Shown here: piece after piece, positions 25,227 through 37,180 of the stretch
How the letters are laid out: every line of letters begins with the position of its first letter
How positions within the stretch are numbered: position 1 is the stretch's first letter
Source of the DNA: Macrostomum lignano
Taxonomy: Eukaryota
Reading direction: 5' to 3'
DNA length: 64,000 nucleotides
NCBI GenBank assembly: GCA_002269645.1
Contig: NIVC01001541.1
Coordinates: 1 to 64,000 of the forward strand
Program-made: the position numbers and the translations under genes
Notes under the pieces: generated by a model
What the model saw: only the letters and a program-made list of their open reading frames with translations
Databases searched by the model: none
What the model was told of the DNA's origin: nothing

Positions 25227-27939
25227 TCAGATGTGGAAGTTCAGGCAGTTCATCAGCTCCTGGCCCTTGCGGGTGGACATCGCGTCCTTGAACTCTCTTT
25301 TTGTCAGCGTGTCCCTGGAAGCCTGCGGGATGGCCAGCGTGCCAGTTGAGAGTGCATTTATCATCGGGTTTTCTAATCCACAAAACCTGCGCCGACTTCC
25401 CTACTGAACCAATCACGATCGCATTCTATCGGAATTGTTTGCGAACTACTTTAAGTAGTATTGAAGCTGCATTTTCCTAACCCAATTCATTCTGAACAGC
25501 TGTAAAAATTAACGGTCACCTGAACTCCTGTTCCACTAGCTTTCAAAAACTCCCAGCCTTCACAATCCCCAGCCTTCACAATCCCCAACCTTCACAATCT
25601 CTAGCCTTCACAATCCCCAACCTTCACAATCTCTAGCCTTCACAATCCCCAACCTTCACAATCTCTAGCCTTCACAATCCCCAGCCTTCACAATCCCCAA
25701 CCTTCACAATGCCCAGCCTTTGCAAACCCTAGCCTTCACCATCCCCAGCCCTCACCATCCCCAGCCCTCACCATCCCCAGCCCTCACCATCCCCAGCCTT
25801 CACCATCCCCAGCCCTCACCATCCCAGCCCTCACCATCCCCAGCCTTCACTCAAGCTGCTCACCAGAGTGGGAAAATACTCCTCCAGGTCCCAGACTCGC
25901 TCGGCATTGTTGGCGATGCGGCTGGCAGTTCGGATGGCGCGGTTCATTTCCTCGACGCTCACCTGGCCGTCGCCATTGAAGTCCATCATCTGGAACAGGT
26001 CTGCGGCGGGTGCAGCAGGAACAGTTTAGACACAGTTGAGACACAGTTGAGACACAGTTGAGACACAGTTGAGACACAGTTGAGACACAGTTGAGACACA
26101 GTTGAGACACAGTTGAGACACAGTTGAGACACAGTTGAGACACAGTTGAGACACAGTTGAGACACAGTTGAGACACAGTTGAGACACAGTTGAGACACAG
26201 TTGAGACACAGTTGAGACACAGTTGAGACACAGTTGAGACACAGTTGAGACACAGTTGAGACACAGTTGAGACACAGTTGAGACACAGTTGAGACACAAT
26301 TTAAGACACATTGAAAACAACACTGCAGGGACACATTGAAGACAACACTGCAGGGACACATTGAAGACAACACTGCAGGGACACATTGAGGACAACACTG
26401 CAGGGACACATTGAGGACAACACTGCAGGGACACATTGAAAACAACACTGCAGGGACACATTGAAGACAACACTGCAGGGACACATTGAGGACAACACTG
26501 CAGGGACACATTGAAAACAACACTGCAGGGACACATTGAAGACAACACTGCAGGGACACATTAAAGACAACACTGCAGGGACACATTGAAGACAGCACTG
26601 CAGGGACACATTGAAGACAACACTGCAGGGACACATTGAAGACAACACTGCAGGGACACATTGAACTTATTGAAGACAACACTGCAGGGACACATTGAAG
26701 ACAACACTGCAGGGACACATTAAAGACAACACTGCAGGGACACATTGAAGACAACACTGCAGGGACACATTGAAGACAACACTGCAGGGACACATTGAAC
26801 TTATTGAAGACAACACTGCAGGGACACATTAAAGACAACACTGCAGGGACACATTGAAGACAACACTGCAGGGACACATTGAACTTATTGAAGACAACAC
26901 TGCAGGGACACATTGAAGACAACACTGCAGGGACACATTAAAGACAACACTGCAGGGACACATTGAAGACAACACTGCAGGGACACATTGAACTTATTGA
27001 AGACAACACTGCAGGGACGCAAGTGTCCAGAAATGAACTTACAGTCGATTTTCTTCTCCATCGGCAGCTTCGAGCTGTACACCATGGAGATGGAGAACTC
27101 GTAGAAGTCGATACTGCCGTCCTTGTTCAGGTCCAGCATATCGAACACGGAGTCCCACAGTTTCTTGTCGCTGATGGGAGGGCATATGGGGAATTCATTT
27201 TCAAGCTAATAATTGCTGATCCCATCTCCTGTAAGACCATCCCCCACACCCAACATCAAGCTTACAATGGCTGGCCATGAAGTGAGCGCTTGATGGTCTC
27301 GTGAAACTGATGCCGCGACAGGCTGTCCCTGTTGTTGGTCAACTGGAAGAAGCGCTTCATCATGTCGCCTGTCTCCGCTTCGGAGACTGGAAAGCAGGCG
27401 GTGACGCACTAGTTATAGATGCACATATGGATATAGGCAAACTTCTAGGGGTTGGCAAACTTTTTTACGCTCGTACTACAAGGGCCAGATAGAGAACCCA
27501 GCGCATGACTGCGGGCCAGAGGAGGGGAGAGAGGAGAGAGAATAGAGAAGAGAGGAGAGATGAGAGATAGGAGAAAGGAAAGGCGAGGGGACGACAGGTG
27601 AGGCGAGAGGAAAGTGAGAAGACGAGAGGAGAGGAAATATGAAATGGGAGAATGAGAGGAGAGAAGGGAGAGGAGAGAAAAGAGAGCTGAGCAGAGACAT
27701 GGACCTTGAGCGGGCCGGATTGCTATTGTGAATTTTCAAAGAACCCAAGGGCCAGATAGAGAGGCTTTGCGGGCCGCACGTGGCCTGCGGGTCGGAGTTT
27801 GCCGACCCCTCCACACCATGTGTGAGCGTGCCGCTGCGAACGTATTCGTGCTCAGGGACCAGCGGATACTGGTCGGTGACTTACGTTTCAACTCGCCCTG
27901 CACCTTCTTCATGCCGTCGCGACTGTGGCTGTGTCCCAT
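25227..27939 (-). CDS. Neuronal-calcium-sensor-like EF-hand protein, 178 aa, N-myristoylation motif; exons 27939-27885, 27386-27266, 27170-27043, 26000-25864, 25322-25227
   Basis: MGHSHS start; canonical EF loops DLNKDGSIDFYE and DFNGDGQVSVEE. All four introns are GT-AG with matching phases; total 537 nt. Confidence 0.88.
25555..25845. repeat. Intronic minisatellites (CCCAGCCTTCACAAT / CCCAGCCCTCACCATC)
   Basis: 16-bp tandem units in the last intron of the NCS-like gene. Confidence 0.9.
26028..27017. repeat. Compound intronic array: 11-bp GACACAGTTGA then 25-bp GACACATTGAAGACAACACTGCAGG
   Basis: Two related arrays abut near 26300 in intron 3 of the NCS-like gene. Confidence 0.95.
27447..27810. 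mobile_element. hAT-like MITE in intron 1 of the NCS-like gene
   Basis: Terminal inverted repeats AGGGGTTGGCAAACT ... AGTTTGCCGACCCCT, subterminal GCGGGCCG motifs and an internal GA-rich expansion. No TSD seen. Confidence 0.65.
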
Positions 27940-28542
27940 GGCTGACTGTCTGACCGCGCGCGAGAATCAAAATCGCAGAGGCGCTGAAAGCAACTGCTGT
28001 TGTGCCGGACAAACTCAATTTTGCCAGCACCTTTACGCTAGCGCCGCTTTTCAAAGACAGAGAGTTGTCATTTTTCCGTGCTCAACCGGTGTACACTCCG
28101 TGCGAAGCTGTTTGAGACTCGGTTTGAGAATGCGGTGGAAGAGAGGAGAGCTGGGCAAGGCGGGGTGGGCGGTTTGAGTTGTAAACTCAAACGAAGATGG
28201 CCTCATCAGAGCTAAAAGTAGCTCTGAAACAGCTGCAGTCGACATCACTCTCGACCCATTGTTCACCGCTGCGAGTGGGAGGCTCGGTGCGCAGGCTGCA
28301 GAAAGCCAAGCAGCTCTGCCGAGCTCCGATTCTGAATCTCAGCTGCGGCCTTCACCCAATGTGACCCAAGTATGAACTCCAGTTTCGGAATCTGTTTTCA
28401 AATTGAGACTTGAACGCTGCAAAAAAATATACCTTCTGCATTTCATATTTCATAGTAAATATGAGCGTATTTTGCTCTCATGACATCTATGTGGTACCCG
28501 TCATCTATGCCGACTTTGGGTCGCTGTACACAAACTTAGTGC

Positions 28543-28543
<1 letters not shown>

Positions 28544-28605
<62 letters not shown>

Positions 28606-28610
28606 GCCTT

Positions 28611-28653
<43 letters not shown>

Positions 28654-28790
28654 GCCTTTCTGTCTGTCTGTCTGTCTGTCTGTCTGCCTGTCTGTCTGTC
28701 TGTCTGTCTGTCTGCCTGTCTGCCTTTCTGTCTGTCTGTCTGTCTGTCTGCCTGCCTGTCTGTCTGTCTGTCTGTCTGTCTGTCTGCCTT

Positions 28791-28869
<79 letters not shown>

Positions 28870-28901
28870 GTCTGCCTTTCTGTCTGTCCGTCTGTCTGTC
28901 C

Positions 28902-28937
<36 letters not shown>

Positions 28938-28965
28938 GCCTTTCTGTCTGTCTGTCTGTCTGTCC

Positions 28966-29003
<38 letters not shown>

Positions 29004-29018
29004 CTGTCTGTCTGTCTC
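28544..29018. repeat. (TCTG)n microsatellite
   Basis: About 470 bp imperfect tetranucleotide run. Confidence 0.97.
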
Positions 29019-29790
29019 TTTACAATTTTTTACAAAAAATTTTTTTTACATTTTTTTCTTTTTTTTCTTTTTTACAATTTTTTACTTTTTACAATTTACA
29101 ACTCATTCGAAAATTTTCGGTGGAGGCGAGGCCACCTGACCTTGACTACTCAACTGGGACAAAAACCTGGACCCGGTGCTTTTGAAGTTCTCCGTTACTC
29201 TTTACCGTCAAAACAGATACGCTTGCACATGTAACGAATCACTGGCCTCTACGAAAATCCAGGGTTTGAGCGCAGGTCAGCCGCGCTAGAGCCGCACAAG
29301 CTGCTCGGATAAAAGTTGACATTGCTGGGATCAGCTGACTCTCGTCAGATGACTCTGCGGTGCTGTAGACAGTGCTGCAAGCAAAATGCCATACCAGGAA
29401 CTTGTATGAACTTGAACATCGCACGAATGGGTTACAACTGTTGAGTTGCTGTTTACCCAAGAGGATAAATCAACAGTGCGCTTAAAAAACAAGCAGATAC
29501 GGTGGACGATTGACACCCGACACTGAGCAAAGTTGCGGAGGCCAAAGTCAAAGCGCGGGGGTGGCGAATTGTGGCCGGGACAGAATCATGCTGCGTCTGC
29601 GGTTAGGCCAAATACGAGAATTCAGAGTTAGGGAATGATATCCGTGACGAAGGAAAAGTAAGCTACGAAATTTGGCACAAAAACGCAGGTTAGCCGTGTG
29701 CGGCTGTGTCCTCCGCTTTCAGAAAACTGCAAGCCATTCAGCCCAGGGCCAAGAAGCTCAGCGGTAAACGTGCCCGACTCTCAACCCAAG

Positions 29791-29873
29791 TCACAGAGTG
29801 TACATGCCTGACGGTTAGAAAGTCAGGACCGCTGTACATCCTGGGTGAGCGTGTGCGTGAGTGCGTGTCTGCG
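29791..29873. other. Conserved hairpin-forming element, copy 2
   Basis: TCAC..TGTACA.CCTGAC-GGTTAGAAA-GTCAGG..TGTACA..GTGA followed by GAGCGTGTG...GTGTCTGCG, as in copy 1. Confidence 0.6.
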
Positions 29874-30695
29874 TACAGTATTCGTATGTTCTCCGGAGTC
29901 AGCGGAAAGGACAGAATTTTTCAAGGTGTTGCAGCAGTCCGGCAGCAAATCTTACTCTTATGAGCTGACACCTCGAAGAAAACACGCAAGGACCAAACAC
30001 CGTTCGAATCATGGCCAGGTTATACTTAGTCGGAAAGTCAAAAATCAAAATTCAGTTAAACAGTTTGAGTTCCGGCTTCTGAATATCGAGCTGAGCCACG
30101 ATTGATCCCTTCCTCATGACAATGGGCCGCTACTCCGCCTTTGAAAAGCCACCATCGATAAATTTCCCTCTTTGAAGCTGAGCAACCTGATGCGATTTAG
30201 AAGTCTGCAATTCGGGTGTGGTCAAAAAAAGTTAGCTCGTAAAATCGAATTTTTGAATCGCGTAGTGGAAATCGAATTCCAAGGAAGAATTCAGCCGAAT
30301 TTTTGTGTGTCGAATTTCAGCCGGTTGTGGGAGACTATAAAATTCTCACGGGCTCTTTGCAGTTGCGAGCCCTGCAATCTGGGAAAGCTCAGGCGGCTTG
30401 CTCAAGTGAAGACTTCACCAACTGCAGGAGGCCAGCTGCTGTAAGCTCCTCGGTTTGCTCTGTAAATAGAATAGAATAGAATAGCTAAAAAGAGTTACCT
30501 GAAAGCTCCATCGCTATTCGGTGTCTCCCACCAGCAACGCAGAGCTCTCCCAGACGCATGCATTATGCATTCATCTTGTCGAGTCCTGATGGTCTCAGCT
30601 TAGTTTGCTCAACCAAACATTTTATAAACAGTTTCTGAAGGTTTAAATAACCTCCTCAAACAGACTCGCGCAACTCGTCCACTTGCAGCTTTCTG

Positions 30696-31515
30696 ATGAT
30701 GGACGGCGACTTGGATGCGAGAATTCGCGCTGCGGCCAGCGTCTTGTGGAAGTACCCGCCGCTTGTGCTGCTCAGCTTGTGCTGGCTGGGGAACTGCCTC
30801 TCCTTCCTGGTGCTGTCCAGGCCCGCCATGAGGGACAACAGCGTCAGCGTCTACCTGCGCTTCATCGCCCTGGCCGACACGGCCACCACCACGGTGGGCC
30901 TCGGCCCGAGAGTCGTTCAGCAGTGGGCGGTCGGAGCCGCAGCTTTCGAAGAGTTGAGCAACTTTACCTGCAAGCTCCACCGCTTTCTGTTGTTCGGCTG
31001 CGGAGACCTGGCCATCTGGTGCCTCACAATGCTCACTGTTGACCGGCTGGTCATCGTGAAGCTGCCGCTCCGGGCTGGCACGTGGTGAGTCTGGAGCAGC
31101 TAAATGAGCGATTTAGCATTGCCGAACTGCAAAGGAAACATCGTCTAAAGCAACAGTCGCTAATTTTCCTAATTTGATTTGCATGCAGGTGCAGCAAGTC
31201 GCGGCCCGAAATATCTGCTTGTGCATCACGCTGCTCGGCATCGGTAAGAACCTCAGCTCGCTGTGGAGCCGCGGTGAGCGCTGGGAGCTCCGTCCTGCCG
31301 CGTCGGCCAACGGAACCGGCTCGCTCGCGCCCGCCCTGACCGCCAAATGCGGCCAGCTCGTTGAGTTCGACTTCTACGAGAACTACGTCCGCACCTGGCT
31401 CGGATTCAGCACCTACTTCTTCGGGCCGCTGCTGGTCATCGCTGTGAGCAACGCCCTGATTGTCCGGCAGCTGCTGCTCTCGGGGAAGCGTCGACAGGCC
31501 ATGCAGGAGGGCCAC

Positions 31516-31547
<32 letters not shown>

Positions 31548-31936
31548 AAAGCAGTCGGCCGATGACACAAACAGCAGCATGACCCGCATGATGCTGCTGG
31601 TGACGCTGATGTACGTTGTGCTGATCACGCCGAGCATGTCAATGTACATCTCGGCTCCGTACTGGCCGAGCTACAGTCCGTTTCCAGCTTGCCAAGAGTT
31701 GGCCTCTGCAGCAACGGACGTGCTGGTGTATTCCAACCACACGATGAACTTCTTCATGTACGTGCTCAGCGGGCAAAAAGTTCCGAGACGAGCTCGTGGA
31801 CGCGCTGCTCTGCCGCTCGGACAGGAGCCGCCGCAGCCGCTACTCGCCAACTCCGAATCCCGGATGTCGAGCCGAGCTCCTCCGGTTTCCCGGCTTCGCA
31901 GCTGCAGACTGTCGCCTCAACCCCGGCTGCTCCTGA
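30696..31936 (+). CDS. Class A (rhodopsin-family) peptide-type GPCR; exons 30696-31084 and 31189-~31936, with two 1-nt indels (near 31205 and 31777)
   Basis: GN in TM1, LALADT in TM2, C and TVDRL in TM3, YFFGP in TM5, TP in TM6, NHTMNFFMY in TM7. Correcting the indels restores WCSKSRARNI and GQKFRDEL. Confidence 0.88.
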
Positions 31937-33029
31937 CCTGTGATCTGATGGATAATGCAACATTGAAGCCGACTGCGAATGCCGATGTCTCGAGAGTCCG
32001 TAGATGCGTTCTTAAAGGTGGTTTTGGGTGACTCGCCATCTCCGGTATTTCCTATGGGTAGAAAGGCTGCTATGATGAACATCTTTGACCAATTGAAAAC
32101 TCTCTAATCTAAGATTATAACTTTTTTCTTCACCTCAATTTCTTTAATCTAAGACCGTTTCTACTATTGATGGACCAACACGGTATAAATTATTTTGTCT
32201 ATAGAGGCACTGCACACACTAAAAAGATACTTTTCGAATCACGGTTCTCTGGCTCTCGTGGTTTTAAAAGTAACATTAACGTTTCGTTGTAATATTTATA
32301 TTAATAGCACTACTGTTTGCACTCATTGCGACTGCAACTGATGCTGAAAGAGTTCACTGATGACGATGAAGTTGATGAAGAATCAACTGGGGGTCGATGA
32401 AGAACCCCCGGCGGTCGAAGAATGAGTTGATTTTTGCTACCCGTTTGCATGTCATACGAGTATGGCTATATTGTATATTGTTTATGTTTTACCTTTATTT
32501 TCTCAGTTCACGATGCACGCAAAAATAAACTCTAAATTATCAAGTCAAGTTCATCATAGTCATTACAAGTAAGCAGGCTCATTTGCTTCTTCCGTGTACG
32601 AAGAGCAGAAAAAACTACATAAAGGTTTTGAGCTCCGGTCTGCGGACCTCTTGATCGATTTGCTTATCGTTATACGAGAGTATCACACATTTAACTATCA
32701 TCTGGTCGTATTCACACAGCAGTGGAACCAGCAAAGACAACACCTCCTAACCCAATCCCGTCTCGAGCTGACGCTACCCTTGCTCAGTCTTCACGGATAC
32801 TGAAGCACAAGCTGGCGGATGCATTAATTTTTTGGCTGAAGTATTGCCTTACAAGAGTATATATTTTAGAGAGGCAAGTGAAGCTGCAATCGAAAATAAA
32901 TTTTGAAGGTTTTCAGTCACTGAGATACGAGTACGAGCGTACACTGCAGAGGCCCGATTTTTCAAAGATAAAATGTTCTGCTCATGCATCAAAAATGATA
33001 AGCGACCGAAATCTCCTCAAGGTGGCTCA

Positions 33030-34038
33030 TTAAATAAAATCCGTGAACAGACACTCGAACTCCTTCATTGAATGCTCATAGCGAAACGGATAGGGCGCTC
33101 CCGGCCAGAAGTAGTAGATCCCCTGGCTGTCCGTAGCACTTTTGTTGTACGCATCCGGGTACTGGTAGTACAGACCGTTCGGGTTGAAGCAGGCGCAACT
33201 GTTGAACCACCAGCCTCCGTCGTACACTCGCGCACAGTTGACACTGCTGTTGTCGTTGTCCATGTCGAATGTGGAGAAGCTTTGATTGTTGAGAAACTTC
33301 ATGTCCGTGAAGCTGCACTGCCCCATCGAGGAGAGGCTCGATTCCAGCGGTCCGAGCAGCAGTCGGTACAGCTTGTCGGAGCCGGCGACTAGGAAGCGCT
33401 CGTTCTCGGCCCAGAACGGCTGGTCCTGCCACGTTCTCAGCTCCCAGCGGACTCGGCGCAGTCCATCCTCGGTGGCGGCGTGGATGGTGTCCAGGCCCAG
33501 CCAGAAGTTGCGGTGCTCGTCCTGGCCAAACGAGGCCTGGTACTCGCCCAGTTGCGATCGAACCGCACGGAACCGTCGACGCGGTGCTGGAAGGTGCGCC
33601 AACAGAACTTTCGGTCCAGATGTGTCGGCCGTCTGAGCTGAAATGAGAGAGCGAAATGACCGCAATGGTCAGGAATGCCCAGCTACCCAAACCTCAGCAG
33701 CACAGCTACTGAATTTTCATCCGTCTGGCCTCACCCACAGCCGCGCTCCCTGCGAGACGTATCGGCACTTCCTGCAGCCGGACGGCCCCCATCGGCACGG
33801 TAGAGGCGGCACAGTCCGTCCTCCTCCGAGAAGTCAGCGGCGTCCGCGGTACTCAGACTGGCTTTCATCAGACATAAGACATTGCTGGGAACGGAGAGCT
33901 CAGCAGAGTCGAGTACTCGCTCAGACTGTCGAACCACCTATCCCAGACCGTTATTTTGCTCGTTGACTCTTGGGCGAGACCGAAGGCAGGAAGGCAGAGA
34001 CACAGCGACAGAAGCGAGTTGACAGTGCCGTGCGACAT
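33030..34038 (-). CDS. Secreted fibrinogen-related protein with N-terminal PAN/apple-like segment; exons 34038-33735 and 33637-33030, with three 1-nt indels
   Basis: Signal peptide, then a C-x...CRLY PAN-like segment. FReD motifs FQHRVDGSVRF, EYQASFG, FWLGLD, FSTFDMDND, NCA, GGWWFNSC, NPNG. Confidence 0.85.
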
Positions 34039-34942
34039 TGTGAGCGGATATTTTGGAGACTCTGCTGTTCTCAGTTGGTTTGTAGCTGGGGATTTCAGGA
34101 AAGAATCGATGCATTTATGCTGAAAAATAATGATGAAACGATTGGTATCGCTGCATCGATTGAGCAGCCGGAATGGGGTAGATTTTAGGCGAAAGCGGTG
34201 CTTCTGAGAATTCAGTGATTGCATCTTTTTTGCTCGTGGCTGCCAGTCCCAGCAGCGAGGCGAACCAGCATCAGCGGAAAATTTTTCCTTTGTATTTTGC
34301 CGCCGCCATCTTTGATCTGAATTTGCCGAACCGCTTTGCTATTTTAGTAGTGTCAGTTTTTGTTTGAGCAAGCAGCAATTTTTATCGCAACATCTCTTCC
34401 ATAGCTGCCTTGTGAGACTGAGCAGCGAAGACGAAACGTGTACGACTCTCGCATCAAATTCGATTGCACGCGACTACGCATTAATTCGAATTAAGCGCAT
34501 GGCAGCTAGGAGGGCTGCATGAGTAGACGAAGATTCGATGTTGCACTTTACCAGATGCTGAGAAAACAAGAATAACGAAAAAAGTAAACTTCCACTTTCT
34601 GCTACCATTTTGGACAGTGAGTGTACGGCAATGCATCTATGAGTATTTTACACCGTGCACTTGGCATTTACGTGTGCACTGAGCCCTCAGCATCCAAGCC
34701 CAAACACTTCATCGAGTTCAGTACGGTCCCGCGCACGTATTGAAGATTGCCCACGTACAGCAATTGTACATCCCATTGTGAGTAGTACCGCAAGAGTGAC
34801 GTGGGTTGCAGTACGCGTTACTCGATGAGTAAGTATCATATTATTAGGCAGTAAAGCTAAGGATAAATGGCTTGTTAAATCAACCAGTTTACAAGCGCGA
34901 TCACTTACTCCTAGGGCTCTAGTATTTTTACTCGGAATAATT

Positions 34943-37180
34943 ATGGCCATGTCTGCCGAGCTACAGAAGACAGTCGTTAAAATTGCGTCCGTTAAGCCTT
35001 CAGAGCATAAACGGGATGAACCACATTTATCTGGCCAACCATTTTTAGGTTTCTATGATAATTACCGGTATTGGCAGGAGCATCATTTCCCTCGCCCAAT
35101 GTACGGCTACAAAGATCATTATAAGTATGGATGGCCAAGTATCGAAGAGGGTAAGAGCTACAGCAAAATTTTAATCTCTAATTGCTTGAATGTAGCAACT
35201 GTGATTATTTTGACATAATTTATTTGGCGAACTATTTTTAGATTCCGATTATTATAAGTTCCTATCATATTTTCTGGAATCTGCCAGGCAGGGAGGAACA
35301 ACTCCCGAACCGGACCCAATGTCCGGCTACAAAGGTCATTATAAAGGATTTGTGGTCACCACCTCGGACGGCGAAAAGTACCTGTTCGAAGAGGGTGAGT
35401 AAAAGCCACTGCAAAATTTAATCTCTAAATTGCTTGAATGTAGCAACTGTGATGATGATAAATATTATTATTGATGATGTTCGTCTTAACTTGTTTGGAC
35501 ATCGGTGCAAGTAAATGCCGCGACCCGAAGAAATAAGTTCGTGCCGTTCCTGTTTGTTCTGCTGCTTGACTGGGTGCTGCGGACTGCTCTCTCCGACCAA
35601 TGGCGGCTTTCTGCTGCGGCGAAGCGTGGGTCGACGCCAACCGTAGAGACGGCTCAGCCTGTTAGGCTACGCCGACGATCTCGCCCTGCTGTCCTCAACT
35701 GTTTGCTGACTGGTCGACCGACTGGTCGCTGTAGAGTCGATTGTCGGGCTTGTGATCAACACTGAGAAGTCCATCGGGCTCTGTGCGCCGGGCGACATCA
35801 AATTAAAAATTTTACGCGGAGGCGCTGACGGACTTTTTATTAGAGGCTGAAGCTTGGGCGCCCTGTCACACTCCGACAGGCGCCCTGACGAACTACGTCG
35901 TACGTCGATGTCAGACGTCCAGGCACACACTCAAACAGGAGTGTAGAGAGGCTCTAACTTTATTTATCGTTAGGAAAGTACACTTCACTGGGCCTTGGGA
36001 GTTGAACGTCTAGACATTAATTGCACGAACACAGCCAAGCCGAGATTCAAATTTAGGCCTAACAATACATTCCTTGTGACTACTGCATTTGGAATTGAGT
36101 CTGGTCCGCGGGCATGTAAGAGCGCCGCGCTGGACCACACCAGGCTACGGTCCTCTGGTGGCCCGGACTACGTTCGCGCCCTGGCTCTGAGATGCGCCCT
36201 GTGACGCAGAATTTTTTAACTGAGTGTCAGCGTATTTTTGTTGCTATTACTGATAGGAACCAACTAAATCTAAAACAAACTATTTTTTATAAAATTTAAT
36301 GAATCATTAACGAACAGGCGTAGCGCCGGACCAAATGAAAGAGTTGCATCGCATTGGTGAAATACGCATCGTAGACATCGGTAAAAGGCTGCCTTCTGGC
36401 TTCGAGGTCGTCGAAGAAAAAAATGTCAAACGTATCAACATCTCTCTGATGCAGTTGCTTATATTTATGGAGCTGCATAAGACAGTCGTTGAATTCGTGG
36501 TTGTCGAGCGACCACTCAGTACCAAGCGATCGGACAAAACGTCCGGCTACAAATTTCCTCATGAGGGGTGCGTGGTCACCACCGCCGATGGTCAAAAGTA
36601 CCTGATCGAAAAGGGTGAGTGCTGCATATTGTGGCCTCTAAACTGCTTGACTGTTGCAACTGTGATAAATAAATAAATAATGGATAAAACTGTCCAAATT
36701 ATCTTGGTTTTTAAAAATTTAACAAAACACTGACGAACAGGCGTAGCGCCGGACCACATGGAGGAGCTGCACCGCATCGGTGGCGAAAAGGGCAGCCGCA
36801 TTGTCAAGATAGGCAAGGAGCTGCCTCTTAATTTCCGGATTGTCAAACCAATAAAGATCAAACGCACTGACGTCACGCTGATGCAGCTGCTGGAGGCGAG
36901 CGGAGAAGTCTACAGCAGTCTCTGTAGCAACTGCTGGAATGCTACTGAGAGCATGAAGAGAGTTGTGACAGGGGAGTCGCAGTTGTCGTGGCAGTCACAG
37001 GCCGGAATTGGTGCAGTTAAATTCATTATGGCCGGGTTGCTCAGCTTTTTCGCGGTAAGATTTCACAGTCACAAAATGTCGAATTTGGCCAGAGAAGTGC
37101 TTGCATCATTCTCAAAGTCCCCAAGGTTGGCTTTCTTACGAATTTTGTCAATGGGGCTTAGTGCAATTAGTCATTCATGA
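34943..37180 (+). CDS. Chimeric LRAT/PPPDE-like (permuted papain-fold) protein, paralogue A; exons 34943-35150, 36318-36614, 36741-37054/37180
   Basis: Phase-1 junctions. The second half carries PHEGCVVTT...YLIEKG and Y..LCSNCW plus a hydrophobic C-terminus; the first half is a degenerate copy. The family call is motif-based inference. Confidence 0.65.
35541..35775 (+). mobile_element. RTE-like non-LTR reverse transcriptase fragment inside an intron of paralogue A
   Basis: PFLFVLLLDWVLRTAL, then after a frameshift GFLL...LGYADDLALLS...VGLVINTEKS with in-frame stops. Confidence 0.8.

Noticed and set aside
32330-32425. GATGAAGAA...GTCGAAG motifs resembling Penelope-type hammerheads
   Set aside because: The core nucleotides are incomplete; it reads equally well as an orphan acidic peptide remnant.
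30696-34038. Programmed frameshifting or RNA editing as the cause of the split ORFs
   Set aside because: No slippery-site or pseudoknot consistency, and the indels go in both directions, mostly at homopolymers; error is more parsimonious.
35864-36205. Possible solo LTR (TGTCAC ... GTGAC)
   Set aside because: The terminal CA is missing and there is no target-site duplication.
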